IMG/VR virus record: IMGVR_UViG_3300025405_000011
Location: 32,001 to 96,000 of that record
Direction: 5' to 3' (one strand)
Source of the DNA: a virus
DNA: 64,000 nucleotides
The notes beneath the pieces are model-generated. The model was not told where the DNA came from. It saw nothing but the letters and a program-made list of their open reading frames with translations, and made no database searches. The first letter of the stretch is position 1. Each line of letters starts with the position of its first letter. Below are positions 39,102-49,204 of this stretch, piece by piece. The translations under genes and the position numbers were made by a program.

Positions 39102-41894
39102 TTAGACTCCGTTTGTTGCTGTACTTAAATATCGAATTATAACTATGCCTTGGTAACCGGCTCCACCAGTATTACCACCACCAGAACTACCGGTAGTTCC
39201 ACCACCGCCACCACTGCCGTAATAAGTGGCACTAGCACCTCCCGCCGAACCAATATACCCACCTCTACCACCACCACCAGTGCCACCAATACCGTTAACA
39301 TACCCGCCACCACCACCGCCACCAGCGACTATTCCTAGAGAGAGTGTATTAGTATAGTACCAGCTTTGAAAAGCATTGGTTCCGGTCCCACCATCACCAC
39401 CTTGAACATTGGCATTATAACCATTGGAAGAGTTAGTGTCAATTCCAACAGTTCCAACTGCACCAGTTCCACCACCACCTCCACCAGCAGGACCTAGGTT
39501 TGCTCCACCATGTTGACCATAAAAAGCGGTATAGCCTTGTGTAGAGCCCGGTTGATTGGCATTACCGCCGGTATCAGCACTAGAGCTATAGGCCACTACT
39601 CCACCACCACCTCCACCACAGCCACCATCATTACCACTCTGTCCAGCGGGAGCACCACCACCACCAGCTTGACCATAGACAGTAATTCCAGTGTTGATTT
39701 CAACAAAACTAGAGCTACTACCAGTGGCACCAGGGGTACCTGCTCCAGAACCACTTGATGCAGGTTGACCACCAGTAGTGCCACTACCTACAACAATATA
39801 GAAATTACCAGTATTTAGTATATATTTTTTATAACCAATTCCACCGGCTCCACCGCCACCACCACCACGACCACTAGCTGTAACAGTTCCACTAGTACCG
39901 GGACGATAACCGGCTCCTCCTCCACCGCCTGGACCCACTACCAGCACTTCTGCAAGTAATGAATTACCACTAAGACTAAAATTACTACTAACACTACCGA
40001 CTGTAAATACTCGATAGATGTAGCCGTCTCCAGGATTAACAATAGTTCCACCACTAGGCACTGGAAATACTCCAGTGACACTAAAGTTATAGCTAGTGGC
40101 ATAAGTGAGCGAGTTTCCAGCACTATCGGTCACTTTAAAGGATATATTATTGGCACTAATTGTACTGGTTCCTGTATTGGCAGCAGTTCCAGTTAGTGCA
40201 CCTGAACTATTAAGCCCCAGTCCCAGTGTACTTAGAGCAACTCCCCCACCGTCTACTTCAGCCCAAGTGTAACCGGAACCTGTACCACCTGTAGCACTAA
40301 AGCTACCACTAGCAGCATCACCATTGTTATAAGAGGTCTTTATAGAGTTTGGAGTAATTACCAGTGCTGGGTAACCGCTTACAGTTACTGTAGTTACCAC
40401 AGATGCTGCATAATTACCGTAGATATCAGTTGCTGTAAAGTATACACCAGTGGCAGTTTTACTACTAGTTGTTGTATTGGTAGCTGTTCCACTAATGGTT
40501 AGAGTCGAGTATGGACTACTGCCAGCACTAAGGGTTAATCCCAGTGTACTAAGAGCAACTCCCCCAGTGTCTCCTTCAGCCCAAACATATGGAGATTGAC
40601 CACCCGTAACACTAAAGCTACCGTTACCGGGATTACCATTACCATAACTACTGGACATACTTCCGGTAACTGACATTGCAGTTAAACTTGTTACACTAAA
40701 ACTAATGGCACTAGAGAGGGCTGTCTGACCCAATCCGTCGGTTACACTAAAAGTTGTAGTATTACTTACACTACTGGTTGTATTGTTGGTTGCAGTTCCA
40801 GTTAATGCACCTGTACTGGTACTAAAACTTAGTCCCATATTGGTTAGACTAGTGCCAGTAGAACTATAGATTGCATAAGTATAAGTACCGGTACCGCCTG
40901 CTCCAGCTACACTGCCATTATATGCAGTCTGTCTGGTTAGTGCAGTAGTACCGAGATTGTTAGTGAGTGTCACTCCCGGGTAGGCTTTGAAAGTTACAGT
41001 GCTACTGGTTGCAGTATTGTTGGTTGTAGTGTCAGTTACTGTAAAGGTTACCGGATAGCTAGTGATAGTGGCTGGAGCAGTGACTGTACCAGAAAAAGTA
41101 CCACTAGAGGTAAGACTAATTCCACTAGGCAGAGTGCCACTGACAGTATAGGTGTAGTTGCCACTACCACCACTTGCAGTAACTCTACCGGTCATACTAC
41201 TGCCACTTATTAAGGTAGTATTAGCAGTGACATTTACTGCACTAGTATTGATGGATAGAATTGTTGGAGAGACTGTAAAGGTAACAGGGCTACTGTTACT
41301 AGTGGCTGCAGTAGTATTGTCAGTGACTCTAAAAGTTGCTGTAGAAGTAACGGGTACATATGATTGAGTCACTGTACCAGTAATGGCTCCTGTACTAGAA
41401 CCGAGATTCATACCGGTAGGCAGTGTACCACTAACTATAGTATAGGTATAGCTATTACTACCACCAGTTGCTGTAAGAGTTCCAGCACTAGTAGTTCCAC
41501 TGGTAAGAGTGGTAACTAGACTACTGGTACTAATAGTCAATTGAGCGGCAACATTGAAAGTAACTGGAGTACTAGTTGCACTCTGGTGAGTACTACTATC
41601 GGTTACTCCAAAAGTAACAGTAAAACTAGTGGGACTGCCACTGGCAATTACTACCCCACTAATAACTCCGGTACTACTATTTATAGTCAATCCATTGGGT
41701 AGACTACCGGTAGCAACACCATAGATGTAGGGTCCAGCTCCACCGGTTACTGAAACTTGCCCTCCACTGGTACTGCCACCGTATAGAGTGGTAGTGAACC
41801 CGGTAGCATTGACTACAAGTTTGGCATAGTGCTTTCCTGTATTTAGACCAAACCCTCTTGCGGAGTCAGCTCCAAAGCTACCCAGTAATGGCAT
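39102..41894 (-). CDS. Fibre/adhesin with tandem Ig-like (He_PIG-type) repeats and Gly-rich C-terminal domain
   Basis: About six TGG.G.Y.Y....G.LP.GL.L.S.TG.I.GT repeats; EVLVVGPGGGGG...GYQGIVIIRY domain. Probable start MPLLGS at 41894. Confidence 0.8.
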   Translation of the reverse strand: MPLLGSFGADSARGFGLNTGKHYAKLVVNATGFTTTLYGGSTSGGQVSVTGGAGPYIYGVATGSLPNGLTINSSTGVISGVVIASGSPTSFTVTFGVTDSSTHQSATSTPVTFNVAAQLTISTSSLVTTLTSGTTSAGTLTATGGSNSYTYTIVSGTLPTGMNLGSSTGAITGTVTQSYVPVTSTATFRVTDNTTAATSNSSPVTFTVSPTILSINTSAVNVTANTTLISGSSMTGRVTASGGSGNYTYTVSGTLPSGISLTSSGTFSGTVTAPATITSYPVTFTVTDTTTNNTATSSTVTFKAYPGVTLTNNLGTTALTRQTAYNGSVAGAGGTGTYTYAIYSSTGTSLTNMGLSFSTSTGALTGTATNNTTSSVSNTTTFSVTDGLGQTALSSAISFSVTSLTAMSVTGSMSSSYGNGNPGNGSFSVTGGQSPYVWAEGDTGGVALSTLGLTLSAGSSPYSTLTISGTATNTTTSSKTATGVYFTATDIYGNYAASVVTTVTVSGYPALVITPNSIKTSYNNGDAASGSFSATGGTGSGYTWAEVDGGGVALSTLGLGLNSSGALTGTAANTGTSTISANNISFKVTDSAGNSLTYATSYNFSVTGVFPVPSGGTIVNPGDGYIYRVFTVGSVSSNFSLSGNSLLAEVLVVGPGGGGGAGYRPGTSGTVTASGRGGGGGGAGGIGYKKYILNTGNFYIVVGSGTTGGQPASSGSGAGTPGATGSSSSFVEINTGITVYGQAGGGGAPAGQSGNDGGCGGGGGGVVAYSSSADTGGNANQPGSTQGYTAFYGQHGGANLGPAGGGGGGTGAVGTVGIDTNSSNGYNANVQGGDGGTGTNAFQSWYYTNTLSLGIVAGGGGGGGYVNGIGGTGGGGRGGYIGSAGGASATYYGSGGGGGTTGSSGGGNTGGAGYQGIVIIRYLSTATNGV

Positions 41895-41895
41895 A

Positions 41896-42699
41896 TTAGT
41901 ATGCAGTCCACGCAGCAAAGACTCTAACAGTTGAAGTACTATCCTTAGTAACTGTTATAGTATAAGTATCATATCCACTACTACTACCATAAGTTGGAGC
42001 AGCTCCTCCACCACCCCAATAGACTGTAGCAACTCCACCATCTACAGTTACTGTTCCACAATAGCCATTATTGACAGCAGTTGCTACTACAGTAGTTATA
42101 GACTGATTGGTCTGTAGATAGTTAATAAGACTTCCGGTACTGGCAGTAACATTAATAGTAAATCCCGTTACTGTAGTGGCTCCTGTAAACAAGTGTACAC
42201 TAGTGCTATCAGCATTGATTGATACCGAGTTTCCGATTGTACTAGCATGAGTAGTAAAGTTTTCTACCGGACTAGTGAGAGTTAAATTGTTGGTCCAATA
42301 AGGAAAACTAGCACCACTTGCAGTAGACATTAATAGTTGTCCACTTGCACTAGGGGTAGGAAAGTCTCCATTGACCATTCCACTCTGTACTGTAAAGTCA
42401 CTGGCCAGTAGACCCGAAACCCATGGAACAGAAGTTGCACTAGTAATACCACTAGTGGTCTCTTGTGCACGAGTAACTGAAGCAATTCCTACACTACCAC
42501 TACTAGTGATACTATTAACATAAACAATTTCTGGGTTTAGTACAGAACCTAGGTAACCTGGAGCCAAAATAATTGGTAAATAGGTACCACTAGGGACTGT
42601 AATTCCATAGAAACCTGAACTAGTAATGGTAGTATCACTACTACTTATACCACTTGCAGTAAGTCCATAAAGAAAGTTTTTGCGAAATCTAGTGGTCAT
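41896..42699 (-). CDS. Short tail-fibre-like structural protein
   Basis: N-terminal EIVYV...VTRAQE docking-like domain; C-terminal WGGG.AP.....GYDTYTIT. Confidence 0.65.
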   Translation of the reverse strand: MTTRFRKNFLYGLTASGISSSDTTITSSGFYGITVPSGTYLPIILAPGYLGSVLNPEIVYVNSITSSGSVGIASVTRAQETTSGITSATSVPWVSGLLASDFTVQSGMVNGDFPTPSASGQLLMSTASGASFPYWTNNLTLTSPVENFTTHASTIGNSVSINADSTSVHLFTGATTVTGFTINVTASTGSLINYLQTNQSITTVVATAVNNGYCGTVTVDGGVATVYWGGGGAAPTYGSSSGYDTYTITVTKDSTSTVRVFAAWTAY

Positions 42700-42705
42700 T
42701 TAATC

Positions 42706-43197
42706 CTACTTAGTGGGTGGTGTGTGACTCGAATTTGCATTAATTGCATTAGTATTAAAACGTAGATAAGTTTGTGGTTTTCGTCCATCTTGATTAACAT
42801 GGCAGTAGCTGGGGTCACCCTGCTGACCCATTGAAATAGTCAAGGGATTAGAAGCATTAGCACCAGTTACATCTACAATTAGAGCAGTATGCCAACCGGT
42901 ACCGGGTCCGTAGACAATTACATCTCCGGGTTGTACGTCTTTAAGAGCAATCTTTTGCCCATGAGCAAGAAGTGTACCAGTATAGCCCGTGTGATTGTAG
43001 CTTTGACCGTTAGGGTCAGGAGCTCCAGCCCAGTTGTAGCAAAGAGTTACAAAGGCCGAGCAATCGGAGACAACTGGTAGTTTACCAGCATGTCCAATTC
43101 CAGACATACGCTGAGGACCTTCTGAATAAGTAAATTTTGCATGATTAGTAGCAGCCCACTTGGCCCAAGCTACAATAACAGAACGAACATCTGACAT
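42706..43197 (-). CDS. NlpC/P60 peptidoglycan endopeptidase (possible endolysin)
   Basis: DCSAFV...GYTGT...PGDVIVYG....HTAL; AAGGAG RBS. Confidence 0.85.
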   Translation of the reverse strand: MSDVRSVIVAWAKWAATNHAKFTYSEGPQRMSGIGHAGKLPVVSDCSAFVTLCYNWAGAPDPNGQSYNHTGYTGTLLAHGQKIALKDVQPGDVIVYGPGTGWHTALIVDVTGANASNPLTISMGQQGDPSYCHVNQDGRKPQTYLRFNTNAINANSSHTPPTK

Positions 43198-43255
43198 AAT
43201 TCTCCTTATGGACTCGTATAACTCTTATGTGAAAACAAGAGTCTAGTACATTCTA

Positions 43256-46200
43256 TTAACTAGTAGGTTCTGTGTGACTATTAGAATTTCCATTACCAGA
43301 AGAGTAGTTACCGGTAGTGTTATTGGGTTGTTGTTCAGCATAGTCAGCGACTCTGTTTTGGGTAAAGGTATTGACATCTGTATTTTCAACTAGTCTAACA
43401 TTCATTAGTCTCTTGACATTAAATCGTATTAGACTAGTGGCAGTGGCAATAGCTTGTCTAATTGCAGTTCTACGTCTACTAGTGCCAATCTGATAACTAA
43501 CTGTTACACTAGCACCACGATATTTACCCTTAGCCTTGGTAACAGTAGCACTAACCACTTGTGCTGCTTGAGCAGTCTTGTGTTTACCCTTACCTCTAAA
43601 GGCACGACCCAAGAATACAGCTACAGGACGAACACTCCAGTAAATTCCACGGGTAAAAGCTCCAAGCATTACTACTGGAATTCTAACTGTAGTTCTTAAT
43701 GCTTTATTGGAACGCACTAGAGAGAATGAAGTAGAAAATACAAGCTTGAGTCTATTAAAGATCTTGCTATTGGTTACTAGAGCCATAGAGTTTGCAATAG
43801 CGGTCTTGGGTCTATTTATAGTCTTAGTTCCAAAGGCAATATTGATTAGATTTATTACCGAGCTTCTAAAACTATTGACTATCTTAAGTGAACGACCCAC
43901 ATTAACTCCTAATGCACGAGCCAAACGCAGATGAGTGGCTGTTCTAGATACCGTAGCTAGACCAAAGAAACGAGCTGTAGCCCATCGATAGAGTGCAGTA
44001 ATAGGGCCCTGTACACTAGACTGTATTACTAGTGCACTAGCTCTACGGAAACTGACTACAGTTCTACTAGCTATGGCTCTATTTACTACACTTGCACTAG
44101 ATCTACGAATTGCTCTTACTAGTCGAGTATTACTGGTCAATTGTATTCCAGTGGCAATTGAATGTCTAAGCTTACGAGCAAAGTTAGTGGTCTGTACTAT
44201 AGAGAACGATACTACTGTACTGTTTCTAAACTTAACAGCATACTTGACTGTAGTTATTGCAAGTGAACTAGTAGCAATAGAGTATCTAAGTTTATTGGCT
44301 TTTTTAGTTGTAGAAATTAACTCTACAAAAGTGGCTCGAGCGTATCTATAGAGTCTGGTAAATGGAATTTCATAACCAGCAAGCAGTGTTTGTTGAGCAA
44401 CTGAACTTCGTATCTTAGTTGCAAATTTATTACTAGATACTAAACCAAATACTCTAGCCTGGGCATATTTAAAGAAACGTCCAATGGGATTGTCACTAGC
44501 TAACGATACTACCGTAGCAATAGCATAACGTAATTTATTGGCAGTCTTGTTATTGTTGGCCAAGTTGACTAGTGTAGCTCGAGCATAACGAAATAGACGA
44601 GCAAAAGGAATCTCTGGACTAGCAAGTAGTAGTGTTGTTACTCTACTGTAGCGAACTTTTTGAGCAAATTTATTGTTAAGTACTAGATTGAATAATGAAA
44701 CTATAGAGTGTTTAAGTTTATTGGCAATCTTGATGTTACTGGACAGAGATATAAAAGTAATTCGAGCGTAACGAAGCAATCTATCAAATCTAAAATCCCC
44801 AGCTCTCTGTACCACAGTAGCTATAGCATAACGTAGTTTACGAGCGGTATTAGTAGAAGTAACTAGACTAACTAAGCTGGCTTGAGCAAATCTAAATAGA
44901 CGAGTAAATGGTATTTCAGGACTGGCCAACCAAATTTGTAAGACTGTACTGTATCTAAGTTTTCGAGCAGTATTGGTAGTGGCTATAGAATTGATAATAT
45001 TGACTACTGAGTGTCTAAACTTGTTTGCTGTTTTATTCAAAGAGGCCAATGGAGTAAGAGCGGCTGTTCCTATTCGCAAGAATACTCCACGTTTACTGAC
45101 ACTAACTAGAGCAAATGCTCGAGCGGTAGCCCATCGGTATAGAGCAGTAATAGGGCCCTGTCGAGTGAGTGAGATTACAGTAGCTAGTGCTCTACGTAAG
45201 TATACACCAGTACGAGTTACTTGTACGGTATTAATAACTGTACCTATACCCCTACGAACATACCGTCCAACTCTACTGGTCACTACAAAGCTAGTAGCAA
45301 TAGCAGTTGCTCTACGAACTTTGTTGGCTACTCTAGAACTACTAACTAACTGTATAGTAGAAGCAATAGCATAAGTAAAGAAGTGCCCAACTCTTACACA
45401 TCTAGTAAGAGATATTTGTACTACTGCACTAGATCGAATCTTTCGAGCAAACTTAGAACTAGCTATAGTTGTAATAGATAGTGCACTAGAGAATCTAAAG
45501 CTAACAGTTCTACGAGTAGTAGAAGCAAGATATATAGCAGTTACTCTAGCACGACGAAGCAAACGGGTAAACGGTATTTCAGGACTAGCCAAAAATACTT
45601 GTATGATATTACTGTAGCGAAGTTTTTGAGCAAACTTATTATTACTTGTTAGAGATATAAAGGTGGCTCGAGCATATCTAAATAGTTTTGTAAACGGTAT
45701 TTCTGGACTAGCTAGCAATGTCTGTATTACTATACTAGAACGAATTTTTTGTGCATATTTATTATTGTTTACTAGACCAATTGCTAGTGCACGAGCATAA
45801 CGGAATAATCTATCAAATGGTTTTTCTGGAGAAACAAGCCAAACTTGTACTATATTGCTATAGCGTAGTTTATTAGCATACTTACTGTTAGTACTTAAAA
45901 CAATGAAAGTTGCTCTAGCACGACGAAACAGTCTAGTAAATGGCACTTCAGGACTAGCAAGCCAAGTTTGAATTACTGTACCGTAACGAAGTTTTTGAGC
46001 ATAGTTGTTAGTAACTATAGAGTTAATATAGTTTACTACTGAGTATCTAAGCTTGTAAGCAAAATTGGTTGAAGCTACTGATAGTATATTGGTAATCGTA
46101 GAAAAACGAGAGTGAGTAGCAGTACGAGTAGTTGTTACTAGAGCAAATACTCGAGCGGTAGCACGTCGATAGAGTGCAGTAATAGGACCTTGTCGAGTGA

Positions 46201-48568
46201 GATTGACTACAGTAGACAATGCTCTACGAATATGAGTGGCTGTTCTTGTAGAAGAGACAAGACCAATAGTAGTAGCAATACTTCTACGAACATTTCTAGA
46301 CAGTTTACTATTACTAGCGAGATTTATAGCATTAGCAAGAGCATAACGCATCTTGGCTTTAATATTAAATATCTGAACTAGTGGTACTTGTACTACTGTA
46401 CTATATCTAAGTTTACGAGCATATTTGATATTGTTTATGACTGGAGTAAGTAGTGCTAGAGCAAAACGGAAGAAATGATCTAGCTTAAATTCTCCAGCTC
46501 TCTGTACAGTTGTAACTAGTGCATTACGAACTTTATTGGCTGTTCTACTGTTATTGGCTAGAGATACAAAGGTAGCTCGAGCAAAACGAAGCAATCGAGC
46601 GAATGGAATTTCTGGACTAGCCAATAGTGTTTGAGCTACTGTACTGTATCTAAATTTAACAGCACGATTGGTAGTTTTAATTAAACTCACTGCCAATGCA
46701 ATTGCATATTTAATATAGTGCTCTATACCGTTTGATGTACGAATCATAGAGATGTTTATTGAACGAGAATATCTAAGTAACCGAGTGTATCTCTGTACTG
46801 TAATAGAAGCAATAGTGCTGACTAGAGAACTACGAACAAATACTCCACGCTTACTAGTAGAGACTAATGCAAATGCTCTTGCAGTAGCTCTTCTAAAGAA
46901 TTGACCAATTGGTCCCTCAACAGTAAGACTAACAGTAACTGCTATGGCCCTACGCAAGAGAGTGGTAATACGAGTACTAGAAACTAATGAAATCATAGTA
47001 GAGACAGACTCTCTAAAATGTATGGTTCTCCTAGTGCTATTGACTAGTTGTACAGCAGTAGCAAGAGCATAACGTAGCTTAGTTCTAGTACTAGATATCT
47101 GTATTAGTGATGTTTGTATTACTGTACTGTATCTAAGTTTTCGAGCGAACTTATTGTTACTCGTTAGAGATGTAAAAGTGGCTTGAGCATAACGAAATAG
47201 TCTAGTAAATGGAATTTCTGGGCTGGCAAGTGATGTTTGTATTACGGTACTAAAACGAATCTTTCGAGTAAACTTAGAACTATTAGCTAACTGAATAAAG
47301 GTAGCTCGAGCAAATCTAAACAATCGAGCAAATGGTACTTCAGGACTGGCCAGTAATATTTGTGTTACACTACTATACCTAAGCTTACGTGTATACTTAC
47401 TAGCAACAATTAGAGATATAAAAGTAGCTCGAGCAAATCTAAATAGACGAGTGAAAGGAATCTCTGGACTAGCAAGAAATACTTGTACTATATTTGAGCT
47501 TCGTATTTTAGTTGCAAATTTATTATTATTAGACAAATTAATTAATACAACTCGAGCATAACGAAACAATCGAGCAAACGGGACTTCAGGAGCAGCAAGT
47601 GATACTTGTACTGCATTTGAATTTCGTAATTTATGTGCAAATTTACTAGTGGTTACTAGTCCAAATATTCTAGTAGTAGCATATTTAAAGAAATGTCCAA
47701 CTGGACTATCACTAGCTGACTGTATTGTAGTGACTAGTGAATATCTCAGTTTATTGGCAGACTTAGTATTGTTAGTTAGACTAATTAATGTAGCTCGAGC
47801 GTAACGAAATAATCTTGCAAAAGGAATCTCAGGTGCAGCAAGAGATGTCTGTACAGCTCTAGCAATTCGAAACAGTACAGTTCTTCTAGTAAGAGAAACT
47901 AGAGAAGTTAACTGTACACTAGCATATTTAAAGAAACGTCCAACGGGACTGTCTAGTGCCCTATTGACAACGGTGACAGTGGCGTATCTAGGTTTGTAGG
48001 CTCGTTTAGAAACAGCAACCGTAAAGATACTAATGGCTCTAGAGGTTCGTGTAAACACTCCTCTACGGGTTGTAGAAACTAATGCAAATGTTCGAGCGGT
48101 AACACGTTTAAATAGCTCGTCAATACGACCCTGTCGTATCAATGATACAGATGCTACCGTAGAGTGACGTATCTTGTCTGCAACAAATCTTGCAGCAATA
48201 GCCGAGACTTGTACAGCTACAGCAAGTTTGAATCTAATATTGTATTTTTGTACAGAAATATAGTTGGTCGAAAGAGCTCTACTGCTCTTGTTTCTGGTAA
48301 AAGTTCTATTGTTCTCTACAAATAGTGTAGCTAGTGCTATAGAATTTTTTAGATAGTGTATAAATGGCGATAATGGCCATTGACCTTTTCTATAGCCCAA
48401 CTCGTAGGCATTGGTATTGGGGCTATAGTAGGCTCTAGTAAAAGAGTGTGGACGACTATTGTACGGTGGGTAAACTGGACTAGCACCACCACGGTAACCT
48501 TCAATAACATTGGCAGAGGGAGAGTGATAGCCCTTCTGAATATTATTCTTGGGAACTTTAACGGCCAT
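43256..48568 (-). CDS. 1770-aa polybasic repeat protein, probable virion fibre component
   Basis: Stop-free 5.3 kb; 21-22-aa periodic repeats; about 13 copies of LASPEIPFTRLFRYARATF-like units; very few D/E. Confidence 0.7.
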   Translation of the reverse strand: MAVKVPKNNIQKGYHSPSANVIEGYRGGASPVYPPYNSRPHSFTRAYYSPNTNAYELGYRKGQWPLSPFIHYLKNSIALATLFVENNRTFTRNKSSRALSTNYISVQKYNIRFKLAVAVQVSAIAARFVADKIRHSTVASVSLIRQGRIDELFKRVTARTFALVSTTRRGVFTRTSRAISIFTVAVSKRAYKPRYATVTVVNRALDSPVGRFFKYASVQLTSLVSLTRRTVLFRIARAVQTSLAAPEIPFARLFRYARATLISLTNNTKSANKLRYSLVTTIQSASDSPVGHFFKYATTRIFGLVTTSKFAHKLRNSNAVQVSLAAPEVPFARLFRYARVVLINLSNNNKFATKIRSSNIVQVFLASPEIPFTRLFRFARATFISLIVASKYTRKLRYSSVTQILLASPEVPFARLFRFARATFIQLANSSKFTRKIRFSTVIQTSLASPEIPFTRLFRYAQATFTSLTSNNKFARKLRYSTVIQTSLIQISSTRTKLRYALATAVQLVNSTRRTIHFRESVSTMISLVSSTRITTLLRRAIAVTVSLTVEGPIGQFFRRATARAFALVSTSKRGVFVRSSLVSTIASITVQRYTRLLRYSRSINISMIRTSNGIEHYIKYAIALAVSLIKTTNRAVKFRYSTVAQTLLASPEIPFARLLRFARATFVSLANNSRTANKVRNALVTTVQRAGEFKLDHFFRFALALLTPVINNIKYARKLRYSTVVQVPLVQIFNIKAKMRYALANAINLASNSKLSRNVRRSIATTIGLVSSTRTATHIRRALSTVVNLTRQGPITALYRRATARVFALVTTTRTATHSRFSTITNILSVASTNFAYKLRYSVVNYINSIVTNNYAQKLRYGTVIQTWLASPEVPFTRLFRRARATFIVLSTNSKYANKLRYSNIVQVWLVSPEKPFDRLFRYARALAIGLVNNNKYAQKIRSSIVIQTLLASPEIPFTKLFRYARATFISLTSNNKFAQKLRYSNIIQVFLASPEIPFTRLLRRARVTAIYLASTTRRTVSFRFSSALSITTIASSKFARKIRSSAVVQISLTRCVRVGHFFTYAIASTIQLVSSSRVANKVRRATAIATSFVVTSRVGRYVRRGIGTVINTVQVTRTGVYLRRALATVISLTRQGPITALYRWATARAFALVSVSKRGVFLRIGTAALTPLASLNKTANKFRHSVVNIINSIATTNTARKLRYSTVLQIWLASPEIPFTRLFRFAQASLVSLVTSTNTARKLRYAIATVVQRAGDFRFDRLLRYARITFISLSSNIKIANKLKHSIVSLFNLVLNNKFAQKVRYSRVTTLLLASPEIPFARLFRYARATLVNLANNNKTANKLRYAIATVVSLASDNPIGRFFKYAQARVFGLVSSNKFATKIRSSVAQQTLLAGYEIPFTRLYRYARATFVELISTTKKANKLRYSIATSSLAITTVKYAVKFRNSTVVSFSIVQTTNFARKLRHSIATGIQLTSNTRLVRAIRRSSASVVNRAIASRTVVSFRRASALVIQSSVQGPITALYRWATARFFGLATVSRTATHLRLARALGVNVGRSLKIVNSFRSSVINLINIAFGTKTINRPKTAIANSMALVTNSKIFNRLKLVFSTSFSLVRSNKALRTTVRIPVVMLGAFTRGIYWSVRPVAVFLGRAFRGKGKHKTAQAAQVVSATVTKAKGKYRGASVTVSYQIGTSRRRTAIRQAIATATSLIRFNVKRLMNVRLVENTDVNTFTQNRVADYAEQQPNNTTGNYSSGNGNSNSHTEPTS

Positions 48569-48580
48569 TGTTTACTTTCA

Positions 48581-48943
48581 CTAGACTTCTAAGGCCGACC
48601 ACTTTCCCAGTGGACAAAAAGCCTCAGCTAATTTAACTTTTGCAGTCATAATACAACCACATTCTTTGCATTGCATAAGTTTCTTACGAAGTCGAGGACA
48701 GTCCTTACAGATGTCTAGTCGTTGTTCTTGTATCTCTTCTGGGACTCGTTCTTTGTTAGGATTAAGTAAGTCCCAAGGACGAACCTGTCTTGGTTTTTCT
48801 TGTTCCTGCTCTTCTAATAAAGCATAAAAAGGTTCTGGGCTTTTTGTAGATATGGGTATTTCTTTAACTTCATTGTGTATTTCTAGAAATTTTCTTTCTT
48901 TTTCTAGATATAGATCCCAAGGTCTTGGACTCTGATCAGACAT
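48581..48943 (-). CDS. Cys-motif protein (DUF6171-like)
   Basis: RPWDL twice, then R..IC..C...CKECGC.M..K......CP.GKW. Probable start MSDQSP at 48943. Confidence 0.7.
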   Translation of the reverse strand: MSDQSPRPWDLYLEKERKFLEIHNEVKEIPISTKSPEPFYALLEEQEQEKPRQVRPWDLLNPNKERVPEEIQEQRLDICKDCPRLRKKLMQCKECGCIMTAKVKLAEAFCPLGKWSALEV

Positions 48944-48945
48944 TT

Positions 48946-49170
48946 CTAGCCTATCGTGTCGTTTACTGGAGCTTGAAAACCTGAGTCTTTGGAGTAAGTC
49001 CAACCGATACTTATTTCTCCCACTAGTGCTGGTTCAACAGCAACAATAACTGGGTTACTGGTTAGTAATGCAGCAAAACGCTCTTGCGTAGTCATTACTT
49101 CTTGAACTTGTCCGTCTATAACAAAGGCAACGGTTTCAGTCATACTGGGTACTGCTGGATTATCAGACAT
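48946..49170 (-). CDS. Small fibre-associated protein
   Basis: AFVIDG.V...FAALL.SNP...IGW.Y....F..P; AGGAG RBS. Confidence 0.65.
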   Translation of the reverse strand: MSDNPAVPSMTETVAFVIDGQVQEVMTTQERFAALLTSNPVIVAVEPALVGEISIGWTYSKDSGFQAPVNDTIG

Positions 49171-49204
49171 TTTGTCTCCTGTTAGTAGTTAGTACCATTA
49201 TATA

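Noticed and set aside
24480-43255. A shared late-promoter motif (TGTA...CAC) in gaps before structural genes
   Set aside because: Spacing is inconsistent among the three candidate gaps; not supportable by eye.
43256-48568. The 1770-aa ORF as a wrong-frame or wrong-strand artefact
   Set aside because: It is stop-free for 5.3 kb in AT-rich DNA, co-oriented and tightly packed, and other frames give only short ORFs.
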